Assembly: GCA_951406725.2 (NCBI GenBank)
Contig: OX597820.1
Coordinates: 46,066,001 to 46,130,000, forward strand
DNA: 64,000 bases
Source of the DNA: Octopus vulgaris
Taxonomy: Eukaryota
Reading direction: 5' to 3'
The translations under genes were made by a program, and so were the position numbers. The notes beneath the pieces were generated by a model. It saw only the letters and a list, made by a program, of their open reading frames with translations, was not told where the DNA came from and did not search any database. Below, one piece after another: positions 1 through 12,817 of this stretch; the stretch's first letter is position 1; every line of letters begins with the position of its first letter.

Positions 1-329
1 TTCTTAGGTTAAATATTTCTTCACGTTTTCATCCCCGGTTTAAAACTACTTTGGAATCTATTTATTCATTTATTTTAATTTAATTCTTTATTGGACGATT
101 AGTTTAGTCAAATGAGTCTTTGGGTTTATGATTCTAAACTATAAAATTTTGCGCTTTTGCCTTCTTTGATAATGCAAAAAAAAAAAAAAAAAAGATTATT
201 TAATCTTGATTGGTAGAAATCCATTCTCAAATATTGTTTAAAGTTGGTTATTAAATCTAGCTGGAAGCTGTCTAATACTTTTATGCTTCTACTGGTATTT
301 CACATATTCCACTTGTCTTTCTATCTTTT

Positions 330-1130
330 ATTGCCTCGATTGCCTTTTCTATTTGTTTCAAGATTTTGTTTCCATTAGCAGCAACAAAATTGGGCACAAG
401 CAGTTTGTTCTCATCATTATAGTTTTTTTCAATGTTTTCAGCTCATCTATCCAATCGAGATACAATCTATTCTTGATCAAACAATATGTTTTCATTTCTG
501 TCCCTATTGTTAGCATTTATTTTTTTTTTATTCATGCATTTGTCACTTGTGATCTCATTTATTTTATCATGAATTTCTTTAGATTTGTGCTTGTTATTCA
601 GTTTTACAATTTCTTAGCATTGATCATCCAACTACTTAGTTTTTGTTTTCTTACTGTCAGAACAGATCTCTTTATTAAGGGTGTTATATTTATCTTGGTC
701 TTTATTCTCCTATTTCTTTCTTCATCTAATCTTTTGATAGTGTTTCATCCGTCATCCAGTTATTCTTCTTTTCTTTTTAACCTTTCAGGCGGTCTTTTCA
801 TTAGTGATGTTTGCATGCAAATTCTAATTGCTTTCCATTTTTCTTCTATTTGTTCTCTATTAAAAGGGTCTTATATTTCTTCTTCAGTATGTAAATATCC
901 ATATTGGTTTCGTGTTTTCACATTATATTTTTATTTGGATTCTGTTTAAACAAGTTTCAGTTTATTTGTTTTTGTCTGTTAACCATTTGCATTTTGTTTA
1001 ATTTGATTTGTAATTTAATAACCCCCTGATTATGGTTTGTATTGATATCTGCTCTAGAGTATACAGTTTCTAAACCACGAGTGCAACCGTACATAATCTA
1101 TCCGATTTCTTGTTATGTTTCATAGACTCA
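330..1130 (-). mobile_element. Decayed RTE-clade (BovB-like) LINE fragment: APE endonuclease C-terminus plus EN-RT linker
   Basis: Minus-strand translation across frameshifts gives ITRNRIDY..WFRN..YSRADINTNHN (APE C-terminal motif) then KKNNWMTDETL..KYNTLNKEI..LDDQC.EI..EIHDKINEIT..ILFDQE. The + ORF 353..949 is its antisense shadow. Confidence 0.75.
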
Positions 1131-1500
1131 ACATCTAGCCATTTACTTTCTGTTATTCTCATGATGCCAATATACATTTTTTTCTTTTCTTTTTTTTTCT
1201 CTCTCTATTAGAATTGACAAATTTTCATGGTTGATATAATGCTCCTATTTTTAAGTTCATTGATATACATTTTCAGAGCAGCACAATCAAACAGTAATCT
1301 CCTGTTATGGTTACAGTAATCATCAAGAGTCCTACTCACTGAGGAATTCGTCTCTTCTTTGCTGTACTTAGTATCTGAAATAACTGTAAAGGACCCACGT
1401 TCACTAACCCTTTCTTATCATCTTCTAGTAATATCCAAGGCTAATAAGGGTATATATATGGCAGGATTCCAATCCATTTCACGGTTATTGATCTCTGATC

Positions 1501-1731
1501 GGCGGCGAGCTGGCAGAAACGTTAGCACGCCGGGCGAAATGCTTAGCGGTATTTCGTCTGTCGTTACGTTGTGAGTTCGAATTCCGCCGAGGTCGACTTT
1601 GCCTTTCATCCTTTCGGGGTCGATAAATTAAGTACGAGTTACGCACTGGGGTCGATGTAATTGACTTAATACCTATGTCTGTCCTTGTTTGTCCCCTCTG
1701 TGTTTAGCCCCTTGTGGGTAATAAAGAAATA
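1501..1731 (+). mobile_element. tRNA-derived SINE with Nin-type core, full length, 17-bp TSD
   Basis: Head GGCGGCGAGCTGGCAGAA, B-box GAGTTCGAATTCC, core GCCTTTCATCCTTTCGGGGTCGATAAATTAAGTAC; TSD GGTTA(T/C)TGATCTCTGAT at 1483-1499 and 1732-1748. More than 20 related copies occur across the window, e.g. 2270-3018(-), 4907-5120, 22256-22450, 35711-35922(-), 49372-49545, 51005-51207, 55203-55390. Confidence 0.9.
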
Positions 1732-2471
1732 GGTTACTGATCTCTGATACTTTTATGTCGGAGGGATGTCCTGGACGTATCACACATCTCGCCGTCATAT
1801 CCCCCTATTCATTAACATCTGATTTAGTTCATCTGCTTCTGCCATTCCAGTTTCTTGTATTCATGAGGTGACGTCTCTCATACAATACTTATTTTGAGAC
1901 CACCTATACCCTCCACTTAATGCAGTCCTCCAGCCAAAGCGAGATAGCATGGTGTGGCCATCGATGTACACAATGAGATCCTTGGAGTCACAGTGAAAGT
2001 TGTGTATTGGAGGAAGTCCAGTACTCCTGTCCGTGTTTATTTTGACTAAGACGTAAAGCATGATACGGTTAGAAAGGTTCAACCCATTAGCAAAGTATAG
2101 CACACTCCTCAATTTCGTGTTAGTAATTCTCGAAAGCATTCATAGATTCCTTTGTCTCCATTCTTTTATATTAAAATTATTGGCACTTTTCATCTTCCTT
2201 CGATTAATTATATAGAACAAAAACTGACAGATGTTCACCGATATCATTTAATACTAATGATAATCACTTCTTCTTTAGGTGCAAGGCCTAAAATTTCGGG
2301 TAAGGAGACTAGTCAATTTCATCGGCCCCAGTACACAACTGGTACTTATATTATTGATTCCGAAAGGATAAGAGGCAAAATAATCCTCTGGGAAGTTTGA
2401 ACTCAGAACAAAAAGACGAGCGAAATGCTGCGAAGAATTTTGCCCGGCTAACGATTCTGCCAGCTCCCGCC

Positions 2472-2515
<44 letters not shown>

Positions 2516-3015
2516 ATGGTTTCAAATTTTGGCTCAAGCCAGCAATTTCTAGGGAGAGGGTAAGTCGATTACATCAACCCCAGTGCTCTCTGGTACTTAT
2601 TTCATCGTCCCCAAAAGGATGAAAGGCAAAGTCAACATCGGCAGAATTTTGATAATAATAATAATAATAATAATGATAATAATAATGGATTCAAATTTTG
2701 CCGCAAGGGCAACCATTTTGGAGGAGGGGATAAGTCGATTACATCGACCGCAGTGTTTCACTGGTTTTTAATTTATCGACCCCTGAAAGGAGGAAAGGCA
2801 AAGTCGACCTCGGCGGAATTTGAACTCAGAACGTAAAGGCGGACGAAATACCGCTAAGTATTTCGCCCGGCGTGCTAAAGTTTCTGTCTTTTCTACTATA
2901 GGTACAAGGCCATAAATTTGTGGGGCGGGGGCCAGTCGATTAGATCGACCCCAGTACGCAACTGATACTTTATTTATCGACCCCGAAAGGATGAAAGGCA
3001 AAGCAACCTCAGCGG

Positions 3016-3074
<59 letters not shown>

Positions 3075-4465
3075 TACTGTGACTATGTTATCTGTTAGAG
3101 CAGCACAGTGCAAAGTAATTCGACAAGGTTTAGTCACTTTTTAGATATAGATACATACTATACATTGATAAACCTTTCAGTTATTTTGTGCTTATTTGCA
3201 GGTAACAAATTTTCATTGAAATCCTCACAATATGATATGGAATTGTCTTCGTAAACATTTATTCTCTATTCATTCCTTAATTATGTTTATATTAGAACCA
3301 AGTTTTCTATATATACGGCTCGTAATTACATTTTGTTTTCCATTACATACTGCTGTCGTTACACATTCAAGTAATCATCACCACCTGTTGTCATGTTTGT
3401 TCTTTTTTATCATCATATAACCGAAGCGTTTATCCACGTGCAAACAACCCTCAGGCTGTTGTTATATTTTTCCTGTAACTATAGATAAGTTCATAGTCAT
3501 TTAATTCAACGTTCACACACTTCTTAGGCCTGATTCAGATCTCTGATATAGCTGTTATATTGAACTAGCTGGACCCGCGGAAACTTCATAACGTTATTTC
3601 ATTATCTTGGAGATTTCGATTACACCTTCGGTAGTTAAGGTTGTTCCAAGCTTAACACTCAAACTTGCTCTATTTAAAGGTTTTGATTATATCTTTGAGT
3701 TCGTTCCATAGCAAATCGCAACACTCGAGAACAAATGTGGGTAAGAAGATCGCTTTGCATTCATGTGGTTTCAAGTTCAACCCCAATGCGTAGCATCTTT
3801 GTCAAATGTCTTCCCCTATAGCTCCGGGCTGACCAATTCGTTGTAAGTGAATTTGGTAGTCGAAAACTGCAAAAGTTCGTCATGCGTGTGTGTGTGTGTG
3901 AAGGCGTATGGCTTAGTGTTTTGGGTGTTGCGCTCACGATTGTGAGATTGTGGGTTTAATTCCCAGATTAGCTGTTCGCTGAGTTCTTCAGCAAAACATT
4001 TCATTCCACGTTGCTCCAATCCAGTCAGCTGTAAATCAACAACAAGGACCTGAATAAAGGTCGTGTTAGGATATTCAACAAAACACCCCTGTTTCCAGAG
4101 GTGAAGTATTCAAACCCTAAATAATCCCACTCAACACATGGCTATGATGCTCCTCCGCTACTTTCATGATCAGAGATGCACATAAAGTCAGACTAGCGTT
4201 CTGTCATCGGGGAATGCTGGCTGCTCACCAAGCCAACGGTGTGGCTTCATTCGATAGCAACAACAATCCAAGAAAGCGCATTGTGACCAGCGGTGCATAA
4301 CAACACCCGATGGCCTGGTTAATACTGCGATACTGAGATCCATATATAATCATCATTATTATTATTTTGGTTTGGCTCAGGTTCAGTCTTATTCCTAGTA
4401 GAATTTATGTAGGTAGCGGGTTACTACCTGTAACCTTAGGTATCCACAAATTTTCAGCAGTTTTC

Positions 4466-4745
4466 AAGTGCTTAGGATCCTCCTAATAATCCTTGCTATC
4501 CCTAAGAGACAAACTTTCTGTAGAAGATCTACCGGGCATTCTTTTTCAATCTCCTTCAGTCATTTGTCTATATCTTGGCTTACTGTTCCCAACGCACCAA
4601 TCATTATAGACAGGACCTTTACTATTCGCAAACTCCAAATTTTTCCTTTGTCAAATTTTAAGGTATTGTACATTTTTTGGTTTTCTTCCTCTTTCTTTAC
4701 AATCCTAGATGAAACGGGTATCATAGGACGATAAGTAAGCAACTT
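4466..4745 (-). mobile_element. R4/Dong-like non-LTR retrotransposon, restriction-like endonuclease C-terminus fragment
   Basis: Translates as ...VLSIMIGALGTVSQDIDK*LKEIEKECPVDLLQKVCLLGIARIIRRILST*; IGALG and QKxxLLGxARIIR are typical of RLE-clade ORF ends. Confidence 0.75.
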
Positions 4746-4778
4746 CGCTTTTTCTTATCTATGATTGTTGTTGTTATT

Positions 4779-4905
<127 letters not shown>

Positions 4906-5136
4906 AGGCGGCGAGGTAACAGAATCGTTGGCGCGCCGGACGAAATGCTAAGCAGTATTTCGCCCGTCGCTACGTTCTGAGTTCAAATCCCACTTAGGTC
5001 GACTTTACCTTTCATCCTTTCGGGGTCAATAAAATAAGTACCAATTGAGCACTGGGATCGATGTTATCGACTCATCCTCTCCTCCAAAATCGTTGCCCTT
5101 GTGGCAAAATTTGGAACCACTATTAATATTATTATT

Positions 5137-5595
5137 GAGTGAAAGAGCAGTGCATGCCATCAAAATGACATTGGGGTACAAATATACGAAGCCCAGTATA
5201 CCCATCGGGACTACACGTCTGATAGGGGTACATCAGGCACATGCATCACAACAATATGTGCGCGACATGGGGAACTCATATCAATATAAATAGCTCATGA
5301 CCTTGCAGGTGGGGCCCAGTTAGAATTTTCTTCAGGCTGAGAAGCCCATCCCGCTCAAAAAGTTCCTGAATAAAGGTCGTGTAAGGATATTCAACGAAAC
5401 ACCCGTGTTTCCAGAGGTGAAGTATACAAACTCTAAAGAATTCTACTCAACACATGGCTATGATGCCCCGTCGCTACTTTCATGATCAGAGATGCACATA
5501 TCATCAGCCACTAAGGGACATGCTCAACTGGTTGAGGTGAAACAGCTGACAAGCAAATCTGTGGTATCAAGCAGAATATTTGCTGTAGCCCATCT
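5137..5595. repeat. Unclassified interspersed repeat associated with (TTA)n
   Basis: Begins GAGTGAAAGAGCAGTGCATGCCATCAAA directly after TTATTATT; the same start occurs at ~22480 and an internal portion at ~4050-4190. Confidence 0.55.
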
Positions 5596-5898
5596 TTTTA
5601 TTAATATTTTTATTATTGTTGCTGTAGCTGTTTAATGCAGTTTGATTCGTTTCCATGCGACTTAGTTTAACTTAAGGTGGAACTCCCACTAAATGTATTG
5701 AGTGCCTTTTCTTTTCATTTATCCACTCACTCATATGTGTGTGTGTATAGCAGCAGGCGTGGCTTGTGGTAAGAAGCTTGGTTCCCCAAAACATGGTTCT
5801 GGGTTCAGTCCCACTGCGTGACACCTTGAGCAGCTGTCTTCTACTGTTTCCTCGGACCGATCAAAGCCTTGTGAGTGGATTTTGGTAGACGGAAACTG

Positions 5899-5974
<76 letters not shown>

Positions 5975-6380
5975 TTTACTCTTTTACTTGTTTCAGTCAT
6001 TTGACTGCGGCCATGCTGGAGCACCGCCTTTTAATCGAGCAACTCGACCCCGGGACTTATTCTTTTGTAAGCCCAGTACTTATTCTATCGGTCTCTTTTG
6101 CCGAACCGCTAGGTAACGGGGACATAAACATACCAGCATCGGTTGTCAAGCAATGCTAGGGGGACAAACACAGACACACAAACGCACACACGCATATATA
6201 TATATATATATACATATACACGACGGGCTTCTTTCAGTTTCCGTCTACCAAATCCACTCACAAGGCATTGGTCGGCCCGGGGCTATAGCAGAAGACACTT
6301 GCCCAAGATGCAACGCAGTGGGACTGAACCCGGAACCATGTGGTTGGTTAGCAAGCTACTTACCACACAGTCACTCCTGC
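5975..6380 (-). mobile_element. tRNA-derived SINE (CORE-like box) with internal (TA)/(TG) microsatellite
   Basis: Reverse complement of the family AGGAGTGGCTGTGTGGTAAG...CTTGGGCAAGTGTCTT...GGAAACTGAAAGAAGCC-(TA/TG)n-...GCTCCAGCATGGCCGCAGTCAAATGACTGAAACAAGTAAAAGA. Other copies: 15401-15718, 18440-18828(-), 42740-43470, 59256-59709, 60310-60790. Confidence 0.85.
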
Positions 6381-6437
6381 ACCTATATATACATTTATTA
6401 TACATATATATATTCTATATTATATATATATATATAT

Positions 6438-6481
<44 letters not shown>

Positions 6482-6487
6482 TATATA

Positions 6488-6807
6488 AAGGGTAAAGACC
6501 CCCTTCGGTCATGAATGACCATGGGATTGCACCTAGAAAGTCCGGGCAAGGTTGTTTATGGAAGACCAGCAGTCGCCCATGCATACCGGCCTCCCCTCTC
6601 CACGCCACCAGTGTTATCCAAGGGAAAGACAAAGGTCGATACAGCTTGGCACCAGTGACGTCGCAACTCATTTCTACAGCTGAGTGAACTGGAGCAACGT
6701 GAAATAAAGTGCCTTGCTCAAGAACACAACACCCAGTCCGGTCCGGGATTCGAGCTCACAACCTCACGATCGTAAGCTCGACGCTCTAACCACTGAGCCA
6801 TGCGCCT

Positions 6808-6811
<4 letters not shown>
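6488..6811 (-). mobile_element. tRNA-derived SINE (Meta-like core)
   Basis: Minus strand starts GTGAAGGCGCATGGCTCAGTGGTTAGAGCGTCG (A box) ... GAGCTCGAATCCCG (B box), then TTCTTGAGCAAGGCACTTTATTTCACGTTGCTCCAGTTCACTCAGCTGTAGAAATGAGT; embedded in (TA)n. Partial relatives near 3900-4030, 14200-14350(-), 29840-30100, 51550-51790, 57375-57620. Confidence 0.8.
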
Positions 6812-6874
<63 letters not shown>

Positions 6875-6985
6875 ATATATATATATATTATATATATATA
6901 ATATATATATATATTATATATATATAATATATATATTATATATATATTATATATATATATTATATATATAATATATATATATATT

Positions 6986-7019
<34 letters not shown>

Positions 7020-7159
7020 ATATATATATATTATATATATATAATATATATATATATTATATATATATAATATATATATATTATATATATATAATATATA
7101 TATATATTATATATATATATTATATATACATATATACATATATATATTATATATACACA

Positions 7160-7200
<41 letters not shown>

Positions 7201-7249
7201 TATATTATATATCTATATTATATATACATGTATATATATTATTTATATA

Positions 7250-7282
<33 letters not shown>

Positions 7283-7478
7283 AGTATGTGTGTGTTTGTT
7301 CCCCTCGCCATCGCTTGACAACCGATATTAGTGTGTTTACGTCCCCGAAACTAAGCGGTTTGGCAAAAGGGGTCGATAGAAGAATAAATACTAGGCTTAC
7401 AAAGAATAAGTCTTGGGGTCGATTTCTTCGACCAAAGGCGTGGTCCAGTATTGTCGCAGATGACTGAAACAAGTAAAA

Positions 7479-7518
<40 letters not shown>

Positions 7519-7695
7519 ATAAATATTAGGGAATAAATCCAAATTTACAGGGAAAAAAATCAGATTTAGGATTAAATCCAATTTTATAGTAAAATATTAT
7601 ATAATATTAATTAGAGACAAAACCACTATTTTGCAAAACAAACAAGGAAAGACTTAATCAATACATAAAATTTTAATAAAAAGTCAAAAAAACCG

Positions 7696-7738
7696 CCACT
7701 ACAATTGTTTCTTGTCCTGATCGACAATCTTCAGGTGG
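7696..7738 (-). ncRNA. Minimal type-I hammerhead ribozyme (mirror copy in left hairpin arm)
   Basis: Exact reverse complement of 7806-7848. Confidence 0.75.
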
Positions 7739-7805
7739 ACTTCAATTTTCAAGTCAGTTTCAAATTAAGAAGTCATAATTTGAAACTGACTTGAAAATTG
7801 GAAGT

Positions 7806-7848
7806 CCACCTGAAGATTGTCGATCAGGACAAGAAACAATTGTAGTGG
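7806..7848 (+). ncRNA. Minimal type-I hammerhead ribozyme (PLE type)
   Basis: Stem I CCAC/GTGG; core CTGAAGA 7810-7816; stem II TTGTC-GATCAG-GACAA; GAAA 7833-7836; palindromic stem III ACAATTGT; predicted cleavage after GTA at 7844. Confidence 0.8.
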
Positions 7849-7933
7849 CGGTTTTTTTGACTTTTTATTAAAATTTTATGTATTGATTAAGTCTTTCCTT
7901 GTTTGTTTTGCAAAATAGTGGTTTTGTCTCTAA

Positions 7934-7966
<33 letters not shown>

Positions 7967-8010
7967 TATATATATACATAAATATATACATATATATATA
8001 TGTATGTATG

Positions 8011-8098
<88 letters not shown>

Positions 8099-8199
8099 TA
8101 TATACATATATATATATATATAGATATATATATACATAAATATATACACACACACATATATATATATAGATATATATATACATAAATATATACACACAC

Positions 8200-8251
<52 letters not shown>

Positions 8252-8256
8252 AATAA

Positions 8257-8288
<32 letters not shown>

Positions 8289-9989
8289 TGTGTGTGTGTA
8301 TGTCCGTTCCACTAGGCAATCAGTGTTGATATGCTTGCATTCCCGTAACTTAGTTGTTCGACTAAGAGACCGATAGAATAAGTGCTGGACTTACCCCTTA
8401 TCCTATCAGAACTGAGGATCTTAATTCTTTAACTAAACTCGTCAAGGCGGTGCTCCAGCATGGCTACAGTCCAAAGGGTGAAACAAATAAAAAATAAAAA
8501 AGAATATGTATTCTTTGATATTCTACATTTTTAGACATTCGCTGTGGAAATGGACAATTGATATTTGATGATCTGTGTAATAATAGCAGTTGTTATCGAT
8601 ATTTTATTATTGAAGAAATTATCATCCGGCTCAATATAATTTTCCATATTCTGTATTGTATAATCTGTATATTCAAAAGCTTTCAAATCCATTACGTCTG
8701 CTTCCCTATTGTCAAATGTTGTTTACCATAATAACTGATACTTTCGGTTTTTTCTTCCTAGTCACATTCTAGTACTTGTTGCATTCATCCAATTGCGGCT
8801 ATGCTGGAGCACAATCTTGAAAGAGTTTAAATCGAACAAATCGATCTCTGTATTTACTTTATCGGTCTTTTGCCGGACCACGAAGTTAGGGAAACAGTTG
8901 CCGAGCAGTAGGGAAGAAACTCAAGGACATGTGTACATACATACATACATACATACATACATACATACATACACATATACATGCACACAGACAGACAGAT
9001 ATGCATGCATACCCAATATATACATGCACAATGATAATAAGTCCGTTAAATATGTGTGTATATGAGGGGCTTCCACACAGTTTCCATCTCAGTCCAGGGT
9101 GATAAGGGAATGCGACACGATGAGACTGAATCCGAAACTACGAAGTTGCGAAACGGACCATGCAGCAAGGCCCGCATATATTTGAGAACAATCTTTTTGC
9201 GATTTCTGTTAATCAACTTTATCATTATAGGCAGTTGGTACCAGTTCATCATTGTTACTGAAGGTAACATACCCCAGTGTTGTTATTTTCTGTCTTAAGT
9301 CCTCTACTTTGCTGGAAAGCAGTCAGCTGACTCTTTACAGACTTAGTACCTGATCGCAGGGCACCCTTCCATCCGTCCTCCTCACAGCTTTTTTATATAC
9401 AACTGAGAGCTGATCTCCAGCTAAGAGACAACAATGTGTATTACTTCAAATCTTTCTTTAGATTTTCCTATAGTATGATTTGTTTTCTTCCTCACCTTCT
9501 GTAACCTTAGAGACTTTACTTCAAACACCAAGTCCATTGTAGTTTTATGTTGCAATCCCGCTGTAAACTCGTCCATTAAAAAGTCGAGCGCTCGTTTTTG
9601 TATCGTTGATTTTCTCAGCTACCATCTTCTTTTCAATCTCACATTGCCTTGTTATGAAAGTGAAATGCGAGTGAATATTCAAAACTATATTTTCTTAATA
9701 TTCTGTTGTTATTAGCAAATTCTTTCTTTCGTTTGTGATATTAAGGTTTTGACAATAATTTTCTTGAATTATATTTTACAATATATTTTTTCAGTACGGT
9801 ACTTACTTTACCAGTCTCTTTATCTCGAATAGCAACTGATGATGTACCAAAGTTTGTTATGATTTTATTATATAAGTCCTCACTTTTAGTAATTTTCATA
9901 AAAATTTATCACGGGAACAGTAGTCCATGCAAGCGACTCAAAGCAGATACATTCTAGAGGGACAGTATAAAGAAATATGGAGAACAGAT

Positions 9990-10407
9990 CACTTCTTTGG
10001 AGATATGCTGTGCTTGAGAAGACCCGGCAAGCCAAGTGAGACCGTCACCGTGGCCTGTACCAGTGCAGCATAACCGGCCCATTTAAGAGTACTCTTCAAT
10101 CATTGGGCAATAAACTGCGCTTGCGAAGACCTTTTGAGTCAAGTGGTCGTTGCCAGTGCTGCCTGACTGGCTCCCGTACCGCTGGCACGTAAAAAGCACC
10201 ATTCAAGCATGGTCGATGCCAGTACCGCCTGACTGGCACCCACTACACTCTCAGAGTAGTTGGCGTTAGGAAGGGCATCCAACTGTAGAAATTTGCCAGA
10301 TCAGATTGGAGCCTGGTGCAGCCTTCTGGTTTTCCAGCCCTCAGTCGAACCGTCCAACCCATGCCGTCATGGAAAGTGGACGTTAAAAGACGACGACGAT
10401 TATGATG

Positions 10408-10410
<3 letters not shown>
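9990..10410 (+). mobile_element. Non-autonomous retroposon with (GAT)n-like tail
   Basis: GC-richer block ending GTGGACGTTAAAAGACGACGACGATTATGATGAT, then (TCTA)n; internally repeated TGCCAGT..GCCTGACTGGC motifs. Family not identified. Confidence 0.5.
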
Positions 10411-10488
<78 letters not shown>

Positions 10489-10529
10489 CCTACCTACCTA
10501 CCTACCTACCTACTTACCTACCTACCTAC

Positions 10530-10631
<102 letters not shown>

Positions 10632-11557
10632 CTCTATACATATTTATATATAGCAGGTTGTTTGTTGTGGCCGGTGAGAGATTTTCGCACCTATATGGCG
10701 CTTAGCTGTATACACACACGCCTACACACACGCATCCCCCATATATATATATATATATATATATTGCATTAATTTCCGAGTGTTTCATTGAAATTCAATG
10801 TCACGAATATTGTTATATTATGCAATGGTGTATGCAACCAATTTTTAACACCGGAATGAAATTACATATGTGTTGTACGTATATTGCTGATATGAGTTTT
10901 ATTGGAATGTAACTGTCAGTTAGTTATATTTAACCATATATTTAACAAAGTATCATTAATCATAACTTAGTCGGTTGACGCTGTTATCACTTGTTATAAT
11001 TCATTCTCTGTAAGCTGATTACTACTTCTGGCAGCTGAATTGCTTCGTCTTTGATATATTCCAGACATGCAGCTCAGTTACCCATATGAAATATTGTCAG
11101 TGGAAACATTTCCATTAACTGAGATTATCGTCAACAGCTGTTCAAAATATACAAAACACCAAAACAAAAAAAATTTGAGTTTCATACTATGCTTCCAGAT
11201 ATGTTCTCCCGTCTCAAACCACCATAAACATTTACTATGGCCTTAGTGGTTTATTTAAGACAGTATTTCCTTCAATACACGCTGAAAATTCGTTGGCCAT
11301 CGCAATGCCTTCAAAAGACCATCAGAAAAAGCAAAAGATTTCTTCATATATCACTCATTCTGCAGCCTCTGTCGTCTTCATACTTGTGTTCTTTTTCTCT
11401 TTTACTTGCTTCAGTCGTTGAACAACGGCCATGCTGGAGCAGCCCCTTGTAGGGTTAGTCGAACAAATCGACCCCAATACTTATTTTAAGTTCAGTACAT
11501 ATTCTATCGATCTCTTGTCAAATCCAAATCAACAGCAGTTGTCTAGCAATAAGAGGA

Positions 11558-11642
<85 letters not shown>

Positions 11643-11793
11643 ACAAACACACACACTGAAAGATCTATATAAAAAGCCCTGGAGATCAACTAGTACGCAA
11701 TTTTCAGGAATCGAAAGGGAATACCATATTTGATAACTTATGATGATGATGATGATGATGATGATGAGAGTAATAATGATGATAATAACAATA

Positions 11794-12162
11794 ACAAGAC
11801 CACTCAGAGAGCGCAAACCTCCGCCAAGGCAACACCAGCATCCTCTCAACGATTAGCAAGAGATGCTTTTTAAGATGAGAATATCTTAAACTTGACTGCT
11901 CTCAAAGCATGAATACTAAAAATGAACCCGACTGCTCTCAAAAATTAAGTAAAAAAAAAAAAAATACCCGGAAAAATAATCCACCATCCTTATCCGAAGA
12001 ATCAATCTCAAAATCTAATCAGTTCGTGCCAGTCATGAGGCCAAACATCTCTGAAAGTTTCATCCAAATCCATCCAGACTTTATTGAGATATCTTGTCCA
12101 CGGACAAACAAACAAACACAACTGAAAATAAATACCTCCGCCTTCGCTAAGGCGGAGGCAAT
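11794..12162 (-). mobile_element. Helentron-associated (HINE/DINE-1-like) non-autonomous element
   Basis: Subterminal inverted motif CCTCCGCC/GGCGGAGG and terminal hairpin CCTCCGCCTT-CGCT-AAGGCGGAGG; second copy at ~24346-24677. Confidence 0.55.
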
Positions 12163-12449
12163 AATAATAACAAGAACAACATCATCAATAACAACAACAA
12201 CAATGTTAATCATTTGTGCTATAGGCAGAAAACCTGAAATTTTGGGTGAGGGGTCCAATCGATTACTTCACCCTCGGTGCTCAACTGGTATTTTTTTCAT
12301 CGACCCCGAAAAGATGAAAGGCAAAGTCGCACATGGCAACATTTGAACTCAACAGGTAAAGCCAGAAGAAATGTCACTAAGTCTTATATCTGGCGCGGTA
12401 GCGATTCTGCTAGCTCGCCGCCTTAATGTTTTCAAATTTTGGCTAAACC

Positions 12450-12685
12450 GGCAACCTGCTTAGGAAGGAAGGTGGTTTTTCTTAGATACTTATAAGGACG
12501 GAAAAGCAAAATAAGTCAAAAGACAGAGGAACTCATCCAACAGCTGGCAGTGAAAGACCCCCACCCCCCCACCCTAGTCTTTCTGTAGACATCTCTCTAG
12601 GACAAGGAAAATCTGAAATAATACCTGTCTCATTGTTCTTGCTTGTTTCTAGACTACTTGGCTTTGTAGGTGTTAATCTTAGCTG
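12450..12685. repeat. Unclassified interspersed repeat
   Basis: Shares GTCAAAAGACAGA..GAACT and CTTGCTTGTTTCT(A/G)GACTACTTGGCTTTGTAGG with ~20395-20640. Confidence 0.5.
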
Positions 12686-12817
12686 TGCAAATCAAGTTGT
12701 TATTCACTATATTTCATTTCGATCATTGCCAGTTCTTGTCTTTAGTATTTAGAATAAGATAAATGCCAAGGAAGGCCATATTCGTCTACGAGTTGGCAGC
12801 TACCATAAATGTACGTA

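Larger units (their letters stand above)
7598..7946. repeat. Near-perfect long hairpin (arms 170/171 bp, 8-nt loop), probable inverted Penelope pseudo-LTRs
   Basis: 7598-7767 is the reverse complement of 7776-7946 apart from one extra G near 7800; loop AGAAGTCA 7768-7775; flanked by (TA)n. Confidence 0.92.

Noticed and set aside
353-949. 198-aa hydrophobic + ORF resembling a membrane protein
   Set aside because: It is the antisense of a Lys/Asn/Glu-rich decayed RTE LINE ORF on the minus strand.
1337-1392. CTGAGGA...GAAATAACTGTA as a functional hammerhead
   Set aside because: Stems I and II do not pair convincingly; kept only as a possible fossil.
1760-2150. Possible Penelope RT remnant (minus strand, ISLCTSMATP)
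   Set aside because: Only a faint resemblance to one RT motif; a translated search would be needed.
6740-6811. tRNA genes (also ~18330-18400, 28846-28920, 33300-33365)
   Set aside because: A and B boxes are present, but acceptor stems are not intact and each continues into a repeat body: SINE heads or tRNA-like segments.
7887-8319. Many YIYI/VCVC/HTHT/LSIY ORFs here and throughout the track
   Set aside because: Translations of (TA)n, (TG)n, (TACA)n, (TCTA)n and (TTA)n microsatellites.
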